From positions 25,158 to 89,157 of the forward strand of contig NZ_JBLXIB010000012.1 in the NCBI RefSeq assembly GCF_048269745.1: a stretch of DNA of 64,000 nt, given 5' to 3'. Each line of letters begins with the position of its first letter. Positions within the stretch are counted from its first letter, which is position 1. Source of the stretch: Zunongwangia sp. Lineage in GTDB: Bacteria > Bacteroidota > Bacteroidia > Flavobacteriales > Flavobacteriaceae. This document shows, in pieces, positions 38,051 through 48,200 of the stretch. A program made the position numbers and the translations under genes. Under the pieces are notes generated by a model. The model was given only the letters and a program-made list of their open reading frames with translations, was not told the DNA's origin and did not search any database.

Positions 38051-38088
38051 AAATAGCCAAATCAACCGATTTGGCTATTTATTTTTAG
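38051..38088. terminator. Strong rho-independent terminator, bidirectional between convergent genes
   Basis: Perfect 13-bp inverted repeat aaatagccaaatc / gatttggctattt with a 4-nt loop, followed by atttttag. Confidence 0.8.
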
Positions 38089-38191
38089 TTTATCATATCA
38101 ACTTCATTTTTTAAAATTTCAATACAAAAACTGAAACATAAAATTAGTGAAGACATTTAGTTAAAATTTCAAGTGCAATTTTTAGCTAGCT

Positions 38192-38680
38192 TCATTCTAT
38201 TCTCTTCTTATTCTGATCAAACAGGCCTATTAAAATACTATTTCCCTGGTCGTCTACTTTTATTCCACCATATTTTGCAATTTCAAATTTGTAGGAGTTT
38301 CCTTCTTGAAAAAAGTATGATTCTGCACCAAAATGGACATTTCGAGATCCATTATAACTATATTTTATCAGGAATTCATCATTATTAATCGGTGTTTTTT
38401 GTTCTTGAATTCGGACTTTTTTAGCAACACCATCTTCTTTTAGTTTAACCACACAAAATCCTCTTTTAGAAATACTATCTATATTAATATTGTTTGAAAT
38501 AGCATACCTTAAATTCATATAATCACCTTGCATTAGTGAACGAGGATCAACAGGAGCTAATTCTAATAAAATTAGCTGTCCATTAGCTAACAATTTTTCT
38601 TTCTGAATAATGGAATAGTTGAAGAAAACTAGTAAAACAATAAGATTAACTAATAGGATTATCCACTTATATTTTTTCAT
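38192..38680 (-). CDS. GDYXXLXY domain-containing protein
   Basis: Signal/TM N-terminus and the literal motif GDYMNLRY. 162 aa. Overlaps the upstream gene by 14 nt. Confidence 0.75.
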   Translation of the reverse strand: MKKYKWIILLVNLIVLLVFFNYSIIQKEKLLANGQLILLELAPVDPRSLMQGDYMNLRYAISNNINIDSISKRGFCVVKLKEDGVAKKVRIQEQKTPINNDEFLIKYSYNGSRNVHFGAESYFFQEGNSYKFEIAKYGGIKVDDQGNSILIGLFDQNKKRIE

Positions 38681-39743
38681 TAGAATTTAATTTTTTAATA
38701 ATGAATAAATAGAATAAAAGAAATATAATGCCAGATACAAATAAGATGATTGATTTGGATAATAAGGTAAAATTTAGAGAGTAATAATATTGTGATATAA
38801 AATAAATAAAAGCAAGTATCCCTATCACCACTCCACTTTTATAATTAACTAAAAAGCTCAACAAAATAATAGCAATTGCTCCAGAAATAGTAGGGGAAAA
38901 TATTGTTGGAGCTAGTATTGATATTGTTAAAATGTATACTATACTTTTAGTTTTAACAGAAGTTATTTCATTTATTTTTATAATCATATTTGTTAAATAC
39001 ATGATTACTGAAATAATTATGATAGATGATAACCAAATATAATTTAGAGAAATTGGTAGTAATCTTTTTTCTGTAATTCCAATAAGGCCAAATAGTAGAG
39101 AGAATATCATTCCAATTCTAATTGGGTTATAAAGTTTAGATAATTTTTTATGAGACGAAATTATCTTAGCTTCATTTAAAAATACATATACTAAAATTAT
39201 ACTAGTAATGGCAATGTATAAATGAACTAAGTTGTAATAATTATTAAAAGCGATCAGAAAAAGAAAGCTACCACTAATTGTAATTATTGAAATGAATGAT
39301 AAAATATAATTCTGGCAAATGAACAAACAGGATAAAGCTATACAACTAATGGATAATGAAATGATATTTTCATTAATTCCAATTTCTGATAACCCAAGAG
39401 AGTATAAAATAAAACCTGCAATGTATATTGAAATACTAAATGTATCTATAATAATTTTATCGTACCATTTATTTAAACAAATAGCCAAAATTAGAAATAC
39501 TGTCCCAAATATTAGTAAACTATACTCAGAGTCATAAAGCCCTGAAAGGATATAAAAACCAATTAACGCTAAAGTGGCTAAAAAGCCTCCAAAAATTGAA
39601 AGGATTTTAATAGCTAAACTAGATTTATTTTCAGCTAGATTAGCATACTCTTCTAAAATAGCATTTTCATCACATTCAAATTCTGAGCCTTCAGAAAACC
39701 GAATCTTATCTAATAAAAGTTTCTTATTCGTTAATTTTTCCAT
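38667..39743 (-). CDS. DUF4401-type polytopic membrane protein
   Basis: 358 aa with about ten TM helices. It is the middle gene of an overlapping three-gene minus-strand operon of the kind that usually reads DUF2157-DUF4401-GDYXXLXY. Confidence 0.5.
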   Translation of the reverse strand: MEKLTNKKLLLDKIRFSEGSEFECDENAILEEYANLAENKSSLAIKILSIFGGFLATLALIGFYILSGLYDSEYSLLIFGTVFLILAICLNKWYDKIIIDTFSISIYIAGFILYSLGLSEIGINENIISLSISCIALSCLFICQNYILSFISIITISGSFLFLIAFNNYYNLVHLYIAITSIILVYVFLNEAKIISSHKKLSKLYNPIRIGMIFSLLFGLIGITEKRLLPISLNYIWLSSIIIISVIMYLTNMIIKINEITSVKTKSIVYILTISILAPTIFSPTISGAIAIILLSFLVNYKSGVVIGILAFIYFISQYYYSLNFTLLSKSIILFVSGIIFLLFYLFIIKKLNSNEKI

Positions 39744-40681
39744 TTCTTTTGAAGATCAATAAGGTTTTTAATTACCAATGTTATACTCCCTATAACGAAT
39801 AAACTAATCAATAAAAATGCATTTATTTCATTTGATATTTTTAAAATAAATGCAGAAATTATAATAACAATACTAAAGGGCACGATTGAAAGATAAAATC
39901 CGCTTTTTACCTTAAGTCCATATTTAATTCCAGCAAAATATAGTACTGTGGTAATTATAAGTAATACCAATAATGAGTTTTGATTTTTGCTGAAAATACC
40001 AATTACAATACCTATTGTGGTAAAAGATACACTGGCTAATGCTATTAAGTTTGAAAACCATACCGGTGGTTTAATACTAGTATTGATTTTATGACCAAAT
40101 AATGAAATAAATAAAAACAATACATTAATCACGAAAAGTAAAGTATACGTAAAAACATCTGACCAGTTATATGCAACTTGTTGAGAATATAGTATGAATG
40201 TTGTATTTACTAAAATGATATATAAAAGCCATAGTGGCGCAAAATTTGAGATAAAAACCCATATCGAAATAAAGATTGTCCAGCCCAAGAAAAAATCATA
40301 AGCATTAGCTCCCGTTTGATAAACTTGACCGAAAACAGCGAATAGTACACCTACCAAAACTGATGCACTCGTTAGCACTATATTTTTTATATTTAAACTT
40401 AATTTTGAGAATACAACAACTAAGGTTAAAATTAAAAGTAACCCCTCGATTAATCCAATTTTCAAAAACTTATGTAAGTCAGCCCAGTTATAAGCAAAGA
40501 AAAAAATAAGTCCAGCTGTTGTAAAACCTATACCTAAACTTATAAAAAAAAGTTCAAGAAATTTATGCCAAGATTGTTTACTACTATAAATATTTTTTTT
40601 CAGAATAGTATCAATTCCTTTTGCTGACCAATTACTATGTCGAGAGATGATTTGAATATCTTCTCGGTTAATTTTTTTCAT
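39731..40681 (-). CDS. DUF2157-type polytopic membrane protein
   Basis: 316 aa with about eight TM helices. First gene of the trio. Its stop overlaps the next gene's start. Confidence 0.5.
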   Translation of the reverse strand: MKKINREDIQIISRHSNWSAKGIDTILKKNIYSSKQSWHKFLELFFISLGIGFTTAGLIFFFAYNWADLHKFLKIGLIEGLLLILTLVVVFSKLSLNIKNIVLTSASVLVGVLFAVFGQVYQTGANAYDFFLGWTIFISIWVFISNFAPLWLLYIILVNTTFILYSQQVAYNWSDVFTYTLLFVINVLFLFISLFGHKINTSIKPPVWFSNLIALASVSFTTIGIVIGIFSKNQNSLLVLLIITTVLYFAGIKYGLKVKSGFYLSIVPFSIVIIISAFILKISNEINAFLLISLFVIGSITLVIKNLIDLQKKWKN

Positions 40682-40840
40682 TTTATTTCAAATAATCTTT
40701 TTAAATAAAAGGATTCTTAAATATGATTTTTTCCTTAAGAGATTAAATTTATAAAATTGAATTTAGTTAATTACATCCACAGCTATTTTTTATATAGAAT
40801 GTTTTAAACATGTTTTTTTGTTTTATATTTGCGCATCAAA

Positions 40841-40895
40841 TCAGGCAATGAGGTCTGCCTTAAACCGTTCCGCTTGGAACTAATGACATCTACTT
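40841..40895 (+). promoter_or_regulatory. Fluoride riboswitch (crcB RNA motif) in the 5' leader of the CLC-F gene
   Basis: AUCAGGCAAUGAGGUCUGCCUUAAACCGUUCCGCUUGGAACUAAUGACAUCUAC matches the crcB consensus GGCGAUGGnGUUCGCC..AAAC-stem-CUAAUGAnnCUAC, including the P1 pairing GGCA/UGCC, the internal stem CGUUCC/GGAAC and the pseudoknot segment. It lies about 40 nt upstream of the ATG at 40937. Confidence 0.8.
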
Positions 40896-40936
40896 TTATG
40901 GCTTATGCCACTGTAGAATCATTTATTTAAGTCAAT

Positions 40937-42241
40937 ATGGACAAGACAAAAATTAAAAAATTTTTATCCTCATTCGAGCAAATTCCTTCATTAATTTATC
41001 TTTTTAAGTGGATTTTTATTTGTTTGATATTAGGTGTAATTACGGGAAGTATTTCTGCATTTTTTCTTTTAAGTCTAGAATGGGCAACAAATTGGAGGGA
41101 ATCTCATTTGTGGATTATAGCACTACTGCCAGTAGGAGGTTTTATTATTGGTTTATCGTATCACTTATACGGAAATAGTGTTGTAAAAGGGAATAACTTG
41201 CTATTAGAAGAGTTTCATTCGCCAAAAAAAGTAATACCTTTTCGGATGGCTCCACTTGTTTTATTTGGGACAATATTAACCCATTTTTTTGGAGGTTCTG
41301 CAGGCCGTGAAGGAACAGCTGTTCAAGTTGGAGGAGCAGTTGCCGATAGGTTTACAAAGGTTCTTAAATTATCAAAACGAGATCGAAAAATAGTTTTAAT
41401 AGCAGGTATAAGTGCAGGTTTTGCATCTGTTTTTGGAACACCACTAGCAGGTGGAATTTTTGCCTTAGAAGTTTTAATTTTAGGTAGAATACGCTTAGAT
41501 GCAATTATTCCGAGCTTTATGGCTGCTGTTTTTGCCGATTATTTTTGCCGGTTTTGGAATGTTTCTCATACACATTATCATATTGATTCCGTCGCAAAAA
41601 TGACACCTGTAAATTTACTATGGTCTTTACTAGCAGGAATTATTTTTGGTCTTGTCGCGATGCTTTTTTCAAAATCTACCCATTTCTGGAGTAACCTTTT
41701 TAAAAAGACAATTAATTATCCCCCTCTACGTCCTGTTGTGGGAGGTGTTATATTAGCTGTTGCCATATATTTTATGGGAACTACAAAATATATTGGGTTA
41801 GGAGTACCTACTATTGTTAATGCTTTTAAAATACACCTCAATTCTTACGATTTTCTTTTAAAGGTACTGTTTACCTCATTTACACTTGGTGCAGGATTTA
41901 AAGGAGGAGAAGTAACTCCTTTATTTTATATAGGAGCTGCTTTAGGAAATGTACTAATTTGGTTTATACCATTACCAATGGATCTTCTTGCAGGAATGGG
42001 ATTTGTAGCAGTTTTTGCAGGAGCTACAAATACACCAATAGCGTGTACTATAATGGGAATAGAACTATTTGGAATAGAATCGGGTGTTTTTATTGCCTTG
42101 GCATGTTCAACCGCATATTTATTCTCTGGGCATTCGGGTGTTTATTCCTCCCAAATTATAGGAAGTCCAAAAAATACGTCATTTACTAGAGAAAAAGGTT
42201 TACATCTATCTGAGGTAGGAAATAGAAGGATAAAAAAATGA
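40937..42241 (+). CDS. CLC-F type fluoride/proton antiporter (EriC-F)
   Basis: CLC fold. The GSGIP motif is replaced by GNNLLLEE, and the gating-Glu motif reads GREGT rather than GK/REGP. That is the N/T signature combination described for the fluoride-specific CLC-F clade. A fluoride riboswitch lies upstream. Confidence 0.75.
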   Translation: MDKTKIKKFLSSFEQIPSLIYLFKWIFICLILGVITGSISAFFLLSLEWATNWRESHLWIIALLPVGGFIIGLSYHLYGNSVVKGNNLLLEEFHSPKKVIPFRMAPLVLFGTILTHFFGGSAGREGTAVQVGGAVADRFTKVLKLSKRDRKIVLIAGISAGFASVFGTPLAGGIFALEVLILGRIRLDAIIPSFMAAVFADYFCRFWNVSHTHYHIDSVAKMTPVNLLWSLLAGIIFGLVAMLFSKSTHFWSNLFKKTINYPPLRPVVGGVILAVAIYFMGTTKYIGLGVPTIVNAFKIHLNSYDFLLKVLFTSFTLGAGFKGGEVTPLFYIGAALGNVLIWFIPLPMDLLAGMGFVAVFAGATNTPIACTIMGIELFGIESGVFIALACSTAYLFSGHSGVYSSQIIGSPKNTSFTREKGLHLSEVGNRRIKK

Positions 42242-42579
42242 AAGACTTTGTAACGTTAAGAGTATATTTTGAGTACGGACAAAAAGTACACGATCATTCC
42301 TTTTGGAGAAAACTATATTCTTCAGATTTTTCTATTGAGCTAATGAAAAGAGCAAAAGCATTCGGCTTGAGCCAAGTTTTACATCTAAATGTAAGCAAAG
42401 GCTATTTAGAGAACCAAAAAATTAATTGGGGAATAACAGAAATACGTCATTATAAACACCCACATATTATTGAAATTACAGATTCTGAAGAAAAAATAAA
42501 TCAATTTTTAGAAGAGCAGAAAAAACTGTTACTGTATACTTCCATTTTAATGGTTAAAAATGAAGTTATAGTGAAATAA
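42238..42579 (+). CDS. DUF190 domain protein (the P-II-like small protein usually co-transcribed with fluoride exporters)
   Basis: 113 aa. Overlaps the CLC-F stop by 4 nt (ATGA). Size and operon position fit the DUF190/COG1993 genes found in fluoride riboswitch regulons. Confidence 0.55.
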   Translation: MKDFVTLRVYFEYGQKVHDHSFWRKLYSSDFSIELMKRAKAFGLSQVLHLNVSKGYLENQKINWGITEIRHYKHPHIIEITDSEEKINQFLEEQKKLLLYTSILMVKNEVIVK

Positions 42580-43262
42580 TTATGCTTAGTTGGTTAACTT
42601 TATTGTCTAACTTTTTTGTAATTCTTAACTGTATTAAATTAAACCTAAATCGCTTATTTTAGCTACCATTTTATTCAATTTTTAAAGAGTTAAATTGAAA
42701 CCGATATTCTCAATTTCTTCAATTTTTTTGATACAGATTTAAAAAGAAGTATTCCACATCATTTTTAACTAAATTTAAAATAAATATATAAGGGTTTAAG
42801 ATATTGGTTTTTGAAATTTCGGTAAATTTTCAGTTCATTATCAATGATAATTATCTTTTGAGTTTTATAATGTTGGATTAATTTATTTCTATTTCTTTTT
42901 TTGAAGAGACGAATAAAAAACATTGTTCCAATAGTTTCTGTAACCCCTCTTCATTATTCTTAGAGTCTGAAATAACTATAATCCCTATAATCTAAAATGT
43001 AGTAGTTAATGCAGATAGAGCAATTAGAATTATTCCAAATATTATATTTTTTTCTCCTCTTTTTTCTTTGCAAAAACGGAGAAGACAAGGTAATCCTGAG
43101 GTTTGATTTGGAAAAAAAAGATATCCTTTTATTTGAATATTCTTAAATAATAATTCTAAAAATTTACTTTTAATTAAATCTTTAAGGAAAAAAAGGTATT
43201 ATTATGTTCTATATTATGAAAATTAGTAATATTGGGAAAATTTAACAGTAAAGGAAGAGCAA

Positions 43263-43865
43263 ATGAGGTATGATGCTAAGAGGGGTGATAAATTTTTAGT
43301 TTTCCAACTCAAGCAGGGAAATGAAAAAGCTTTCAATAAATTATATGAAAAATATCTGTCCGACAGCTATCATTTTGCTCTTAGCATACTAAAATCAAAA
43401 GATCATGCACAGGAAGTAGTTCAAGAAGTTTTTTTAAAAGTTTGGATAAACCGAGAAGAACTTGATACCACTAAAAACTTTAAATCTTTTTTGCTAACAA
43501 TTACTAAGAATCTTTCCATAAACATACTTACTAAGGCTACTAACGACTTAAACATTAAAAATAAAATTTACGAAGGCTTAGAAACACAAAGAAGTACTAC
43601 TTCAGAATATATACTTACTCAAGAATATGAAGAAATTAGAAAGAGAGCAATTTCTTCGCTTCCAGAAGGGCGGAAAAAAGTGTTTATAATGGCCAGAGAA
43701 GAGGGAAAATCCTATCAAGAAATTAGTGATGAATTAGGGATTTCTATTAATACTGTAAAAACTCAAATGAAAAAAGCTTTAGAAAGTATTCGGTTTTATT
43801 TATCGAAAAATAGCGATATAGACCTTATTTTTTTACTTTTTCTTCACATTTTGCTAAAAAAATAA
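43263..43865 (+). CDS. RNA polymerase ECF-type sigma-70 factor
   Basis: Sigma-70 region 2 (FNKLYEKY...VVQEVFLKVW) and a region 4 HTH (KSYQEISDELGISINTVKTQMKKAL). Confidence 0.85.
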   Translation: MRYDAKRGDKFLVFQLKQGNEKAFNKLYEKYLSDSYHFALSILKSKDHAQEVVQEVFLKVWINREELDTTKNFKSFLLTITKNLSINILTKATNDLNIKNKIYEGLETQRSTTSEYILTQEYEEIRKRAISSLPEGRKKVFIMAREEGKSYQEISDELGISINTVKTQMKKALESIRFYLSKNSDIDLIFLLFLHILLKK

Positions 43866-43986
43866 AAACAATAAAGTATTGTTTTTTAGTTGTTTATGTT
43901 TGTATTTTACTTTTTTTTTAAATAAATCACTTTTTGAGTCACCCTTTATCCATTTTCAGCTGTATTATTAATGAAGTTGTTAATAA

Positions 43987-45144
43987 ATGGATAAAAATAC
44001 AAGGTTTATATATTTACTAAATAAATATCTCAATAATTATTGCGATAGGTTAGAATTTGACGAGTTTTTTGAATTTCTTAAAGATCCTTATTATATCGAT
44101 TATTTAAGGGAAAGCGAACTTATAGAAAATATTAAGGTAAAAAGTCATACAATACAGCTAGAAAAAAATCTGTCTGATGAGATGTATGATAATATTTTAT
44201 TAACGGCAAAAAATAAACCCAAGAAATCAAAAAATTATTCGAAAAGTAAAATTCTTGGTTTAGCAGCAGTTTTCATTGCGATAGTATGTGGCGGGATTTT
44301 CTTGCTTTATTGGCATGATTTTTACGCTGAAGATTTTTCTTCAAACCATGTCGTTTTAGAACGAGAAAATGGCGAAAAAATAATTTTAGATACAATACAA
44401 AGCTCTTCACTTGTATCGCTTTCCGGAGATACTATTCAAGTTACTCAAGGTAATTTAATTCGCTATTCGGAGAAAACAAAAGGGAAAGGTACTAATACCA
44501 TTAGTGTTCCTTTTGGAAAAACATTTCAGGTAGAATTAATAGATGGATCACTAGTGCATTTGAATTCTGGATCAACTTTAATTTATCCATTGAATTTTTC
44601 CGAATTTGATCATAGAGCGGTAGAACTTAAAGGAGAGGCCTTTTTTAATATTACTCATGATGAACAAAAACCTTTTATAGTAAAAGCTAATGGATTGAAT
44701 GTACAGGTTCTGGGAACACAATTTGACATTAATGCTTATGACGAAAATAAGAATATCGCTGTGGCATTATTGGAAGGAGCTGTGAAAATGTATAATCGAC
44801 AGGATAACTTGGATGAAAATGCCAAGATTTTAAGTCCTGGTTTAGTTGGAAATTACAACAGAGAAGATAAAAAAATCCAAATAGAAGAGATAAATGTTAA
44901 TAATTACGTTGCCTGGAGGTTTGGTAAATTGGTGTATAGAAATGTAAAATTAAAGGATTTACTAACAAAGTTAGAACGTCATTTTAATATAAGAGTAGAT
45001 AATCAATATATGGAGATCGAAAGCAAAACGATAAATGCAAATTTTGGAGATCAACCTGTGGAAGATGTGATGAAATATTTAAGTGAAATTTACAGATTTA
45101 AATATGTGATAACCGATAATCTGGTAACAATCAAAGAAAAATAG
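43987..45144 (+). CDS. FecR-family anti-sigma factor / transmembrane sensor
   Basis: A cytoplasmic N-terminus, a single TM helix (LGLAAVFIAIVCGGIFLLYW), and a periplasmic FecR domain (VELIDGSLVHLNSGSTLIYP...EAFFNITHD...VLGTQFDINAY). Confidence 0.85.
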   Translation: MDKNTRFIYLLNKYLNNYCDRLEFDEFFEFLKDPYYIDYLRESELIENIKVKSHTIQLEKNLSDEMYDNILLTAKNKPKKSKNYSKSKILGLAAVFIAIVCGGIFLLYWHDFYAEDFSSNHVVLERENGEKIILDTIQSSSLVSLSGDTIQVTQGNLIRYSEKTKGKGTNTISVPFGKTFQVELIDGSLVHLNSGSTLIYPLNFSEFDHRAVELKGEAFFNITHDEQKPFIVKANGLNVQVLGTQFDINAYDENKNIAVALLEGAVKMYNRQDNLDENAKILSPGLVGNYNREDKKIQIEEINVNNYVAWRFGKLVYRNVKLKDLLTKLERHFNIRVDNQYMEIESKTINANFGDQPVEDVMKYLSEIYRFKYVITDNLVTIKEK

Positions 45145-45213
45145 GGAATGGTGGCTCATTCCCTATTAGTAAAATGCTTGTATTAAGCAATACAATAATA
45201 AAAAACTAAAAAT

Positions 45214-48200
45214 ATGAAAAAATCTCTACTTTTTAAAGTAGATAGGACAACTATTGCTCAGATTCTTGTTAAAATAGTTGGTGTTTTTTTACTGGTCTTT
45301 TCTTTCGTTACCAGTAATCAAGTCTACTCGAAAGAACTTCAAAATCAATTCATAACCATTACTGCAAAACAAATTCGAATTCAGGATTTATTTGATAGAA
45401 TCGAGAAAGAAACCGACTACCTTTTCGTTTATAGTGTTGATGATATTGATATTAAAAGAAAGGTAAATGTCGATGTTAAAGATATCGATATCCTTACTTT
45501 ACTCAATAAAGTTATTCCTACCGATAATGTGGTTTTTAAAAGAATCAAAAATCAAATTATTATACGCAAAAAAACAGCACAAGAAGATCAGTCCTCTTCT
45601 AGTAGCTATTTAATGCAGCAGCAAAAAAATGTAAAGGGAATAGTGAAAGATGAAGAAAATTTTTTGCTCCCCGGGGTTAATGTGATCGTAAAAGGAAGCA
45701 GCCGGGGTACCGTTACCGATATGGACGGGGAATTTAATATTAGAACTAGACCCAGTGATACCCTTGTTTTTAGTTTCGTTGGATATAAAGAACAAGAAAT
45801 ACCCGTGGGGAGTAAGTCTGAATTTGATGTGCAAATGAAACTTGGTTCTCAATTGTCTGAGGTAATTATAACCAGTAGCTATGGTACAAAGGTGAAAAAG
45901 GAAAACGAAGTAAGTAGTAGTTTTACAGTTGAAGCTAAACAACTTAAAAGTTTACCGCAGCAAAGGATAGACAAACTGTTGGATGGAATTGTCCCGGGTT
46001 TACAATATAATCCGCAGTCTCAAGATGCCAGCAGTACTCGTTCAAGGAATTCCGTAACTATTCGGGGAGAAGCATCATTGGGTGCTTCTAATGAGCCTCT
46101 TTGGATAATCGATGGAACCAGAATGCATACGGGAGGAAAAACTAATATGATTACTGGGCTTAGCACTAGCGTAAGTCCTCTTTCGTACATCAACCCCCAA
46201 GATATTGAAAGTATCAGAGTTTTGAAGGATGCTGCAGCCACCTCTATATATGGTGCAGATGGGGCTAATGGTGTTATTCTTATTACAACTAAAAGAGGAT
46301 CGAGCGGTAAATTGCAATTTGATGTATCGCTTCGCAGAGGACAATCTCTCATTAATGATGCTACTCGTTTTAAAGTACTCGATGGAAATCAATATTTGGA
46401 TTTAGCTCGTGAGTCTTTTGAAAATGCTGGGAATGATATGCGGTATTTTCCTTTTACAGATAATGAATCTAACCAATATAGTACCACAAATACCGATTGG
46501 TACGATACATTCTATGATATAGGGAGTAATTCATTATTGAATATATCGGCAAAAGGAGGGAATGAAAAGGGGACATATTATATTTCAGGTTCTTATTTCA
46601 ACGATGAAAGTACAGTGGTTGGTAATGATACACAGCGTTTCGCTTTACGTACCCGTAATACTGCCCAGATCACTTCTAAGATGGATATAGATCTTTCGTT
46701 GTCGGCTTCCTATAACCTGAACCAAATATTTAATCCGGGATCTGATTACTATGAAAATCTTCCAATAATTTCACCATATAATCCTGATGGGACTTTTAGA
46801 CAATATTATAGTGTTATTGAAGGTAGTAACCCTGATGGTTCTCCAAAATGGGTAGATAAGAGATTCTATAATTCTTTAGCAGAGCGGGAACAAAATGATA
46901 ATAATCAAAAAGCTTTTGCTTTTCAGGGGAATTTCAAATTCTCTTATACTCCAATCGAAGCATTAAAATATACAGGACAGTTTGGAGTGGATTATCAGAG
47001 CAATACAGAGGAGATCTATAGGTCAATCAAAAATTGGTCAGGTAAGGACACTAATGGTAACCCGCTTGGTGAGGCCTATAGTAACCAATCCAATTTTTTG
47101 AACTGGACAATGATTCATAGACTGAATTTTCAAAAACAATTAAATAAGCATCATATTAGTGGAGTAGTGGGATTTGAAATGAATTCTTCCGAAAATAATT
47201 TTACAGGTGCAAGAGGTACAGGATTTGTTAATGACTATCTAAGAAGAGTTTCTCTGGCTGAAGATAGATATGGATCCGGTAATTATTATGAACGAAATAG
47301 CCTCTCTTATTTGGCTCAAATGTCCTACAATTATAATGATCGTTACAATGCTAGCTTGAGTTTTCGACGGGATGGAAATTCTAATTTCGGAAAAAATGTT
47401 CGTTGGGCTGAATTCGCATCAGCTGGAGTATCATGGAATATTCATAATGAGGAATTCTTTGAAAGCGAAATTGTTAATTTTCTGAAACTTAAAGCTTCTT
47501 ACGGAAGTAATGGAAACAGCCGTATAGGTTCACAGGAATCGAATGGGGTATATGATATTGGGGATAGTTATTATTATAATGGTAAGCCAGGAGCTACTAT
47601 GACTACCCCTGCAAATCCTAATCTAAGTTGGGAAACTACTTACATGGCCAATCTAGGTCTGGATTTAGGATTATTTAATCAGCGAATTAATCTGGCTCTG
47701 GAAGGCTATCGAAATAAAACAGTTGATTTGTTGAGCCAGTTAGATGTAAGTAGGACTATCGGAGCATTAAAAATCTTTAGGAATGTTGGTTCTATTGAAA
47801 ATAAAGGTTTGGAAGCAACTATCAGAACTCAAAATATAATAACCGATCAGTTTCAATGGAATACCACACTAATCGCTTCAAGAAATGAAAACAAAATTCT
47901 AGAATTATACAATAATATACCTAAAAATAATGATAAAACAAGATGGGAAGAGGGAGCTGATATAAATACTTTCTATCTAATTCGATGGGCAGGAGTTGAT
48001 CCCAGAGATGGATATCCACTATGGTATGATAGCGATGGAAATGTAACCAGGCAATACAGTGCCGATAATAGAGTAAAATATAAAAGTTCGACACCAGAAG
48101 TATATGGAAGTTTGAGAAACACTTTCAAATACAAAGACTTTAGCTTATCAATTCAAGCATCATATACAATTGGAGGTTATTCTTTCAGCCCCTTTGGAAG

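Noticed and set aside
41959-42189. A 76-aa plus-strand ORF in an alternative frame within the CLC-F gene.
   Set aside because: It lies wholly inside the CLC coding region in a different frame. Its Cys/Asn/Tyr-rich translation is unlike known proteins. It is a chance open frame.
42580-43262. The 680-bp AT-rich non-coding stretch considered as a possible mobile-element scar or RNA gene.
   Set aside because: It has no terminal inverted repeats, no direct repeats, no transposase or integrase remnant in any frame, and no tRNA-like or conserved structured RNA signature. It is more likely an extended regulatory region for the ECF sigma and SusC locus.
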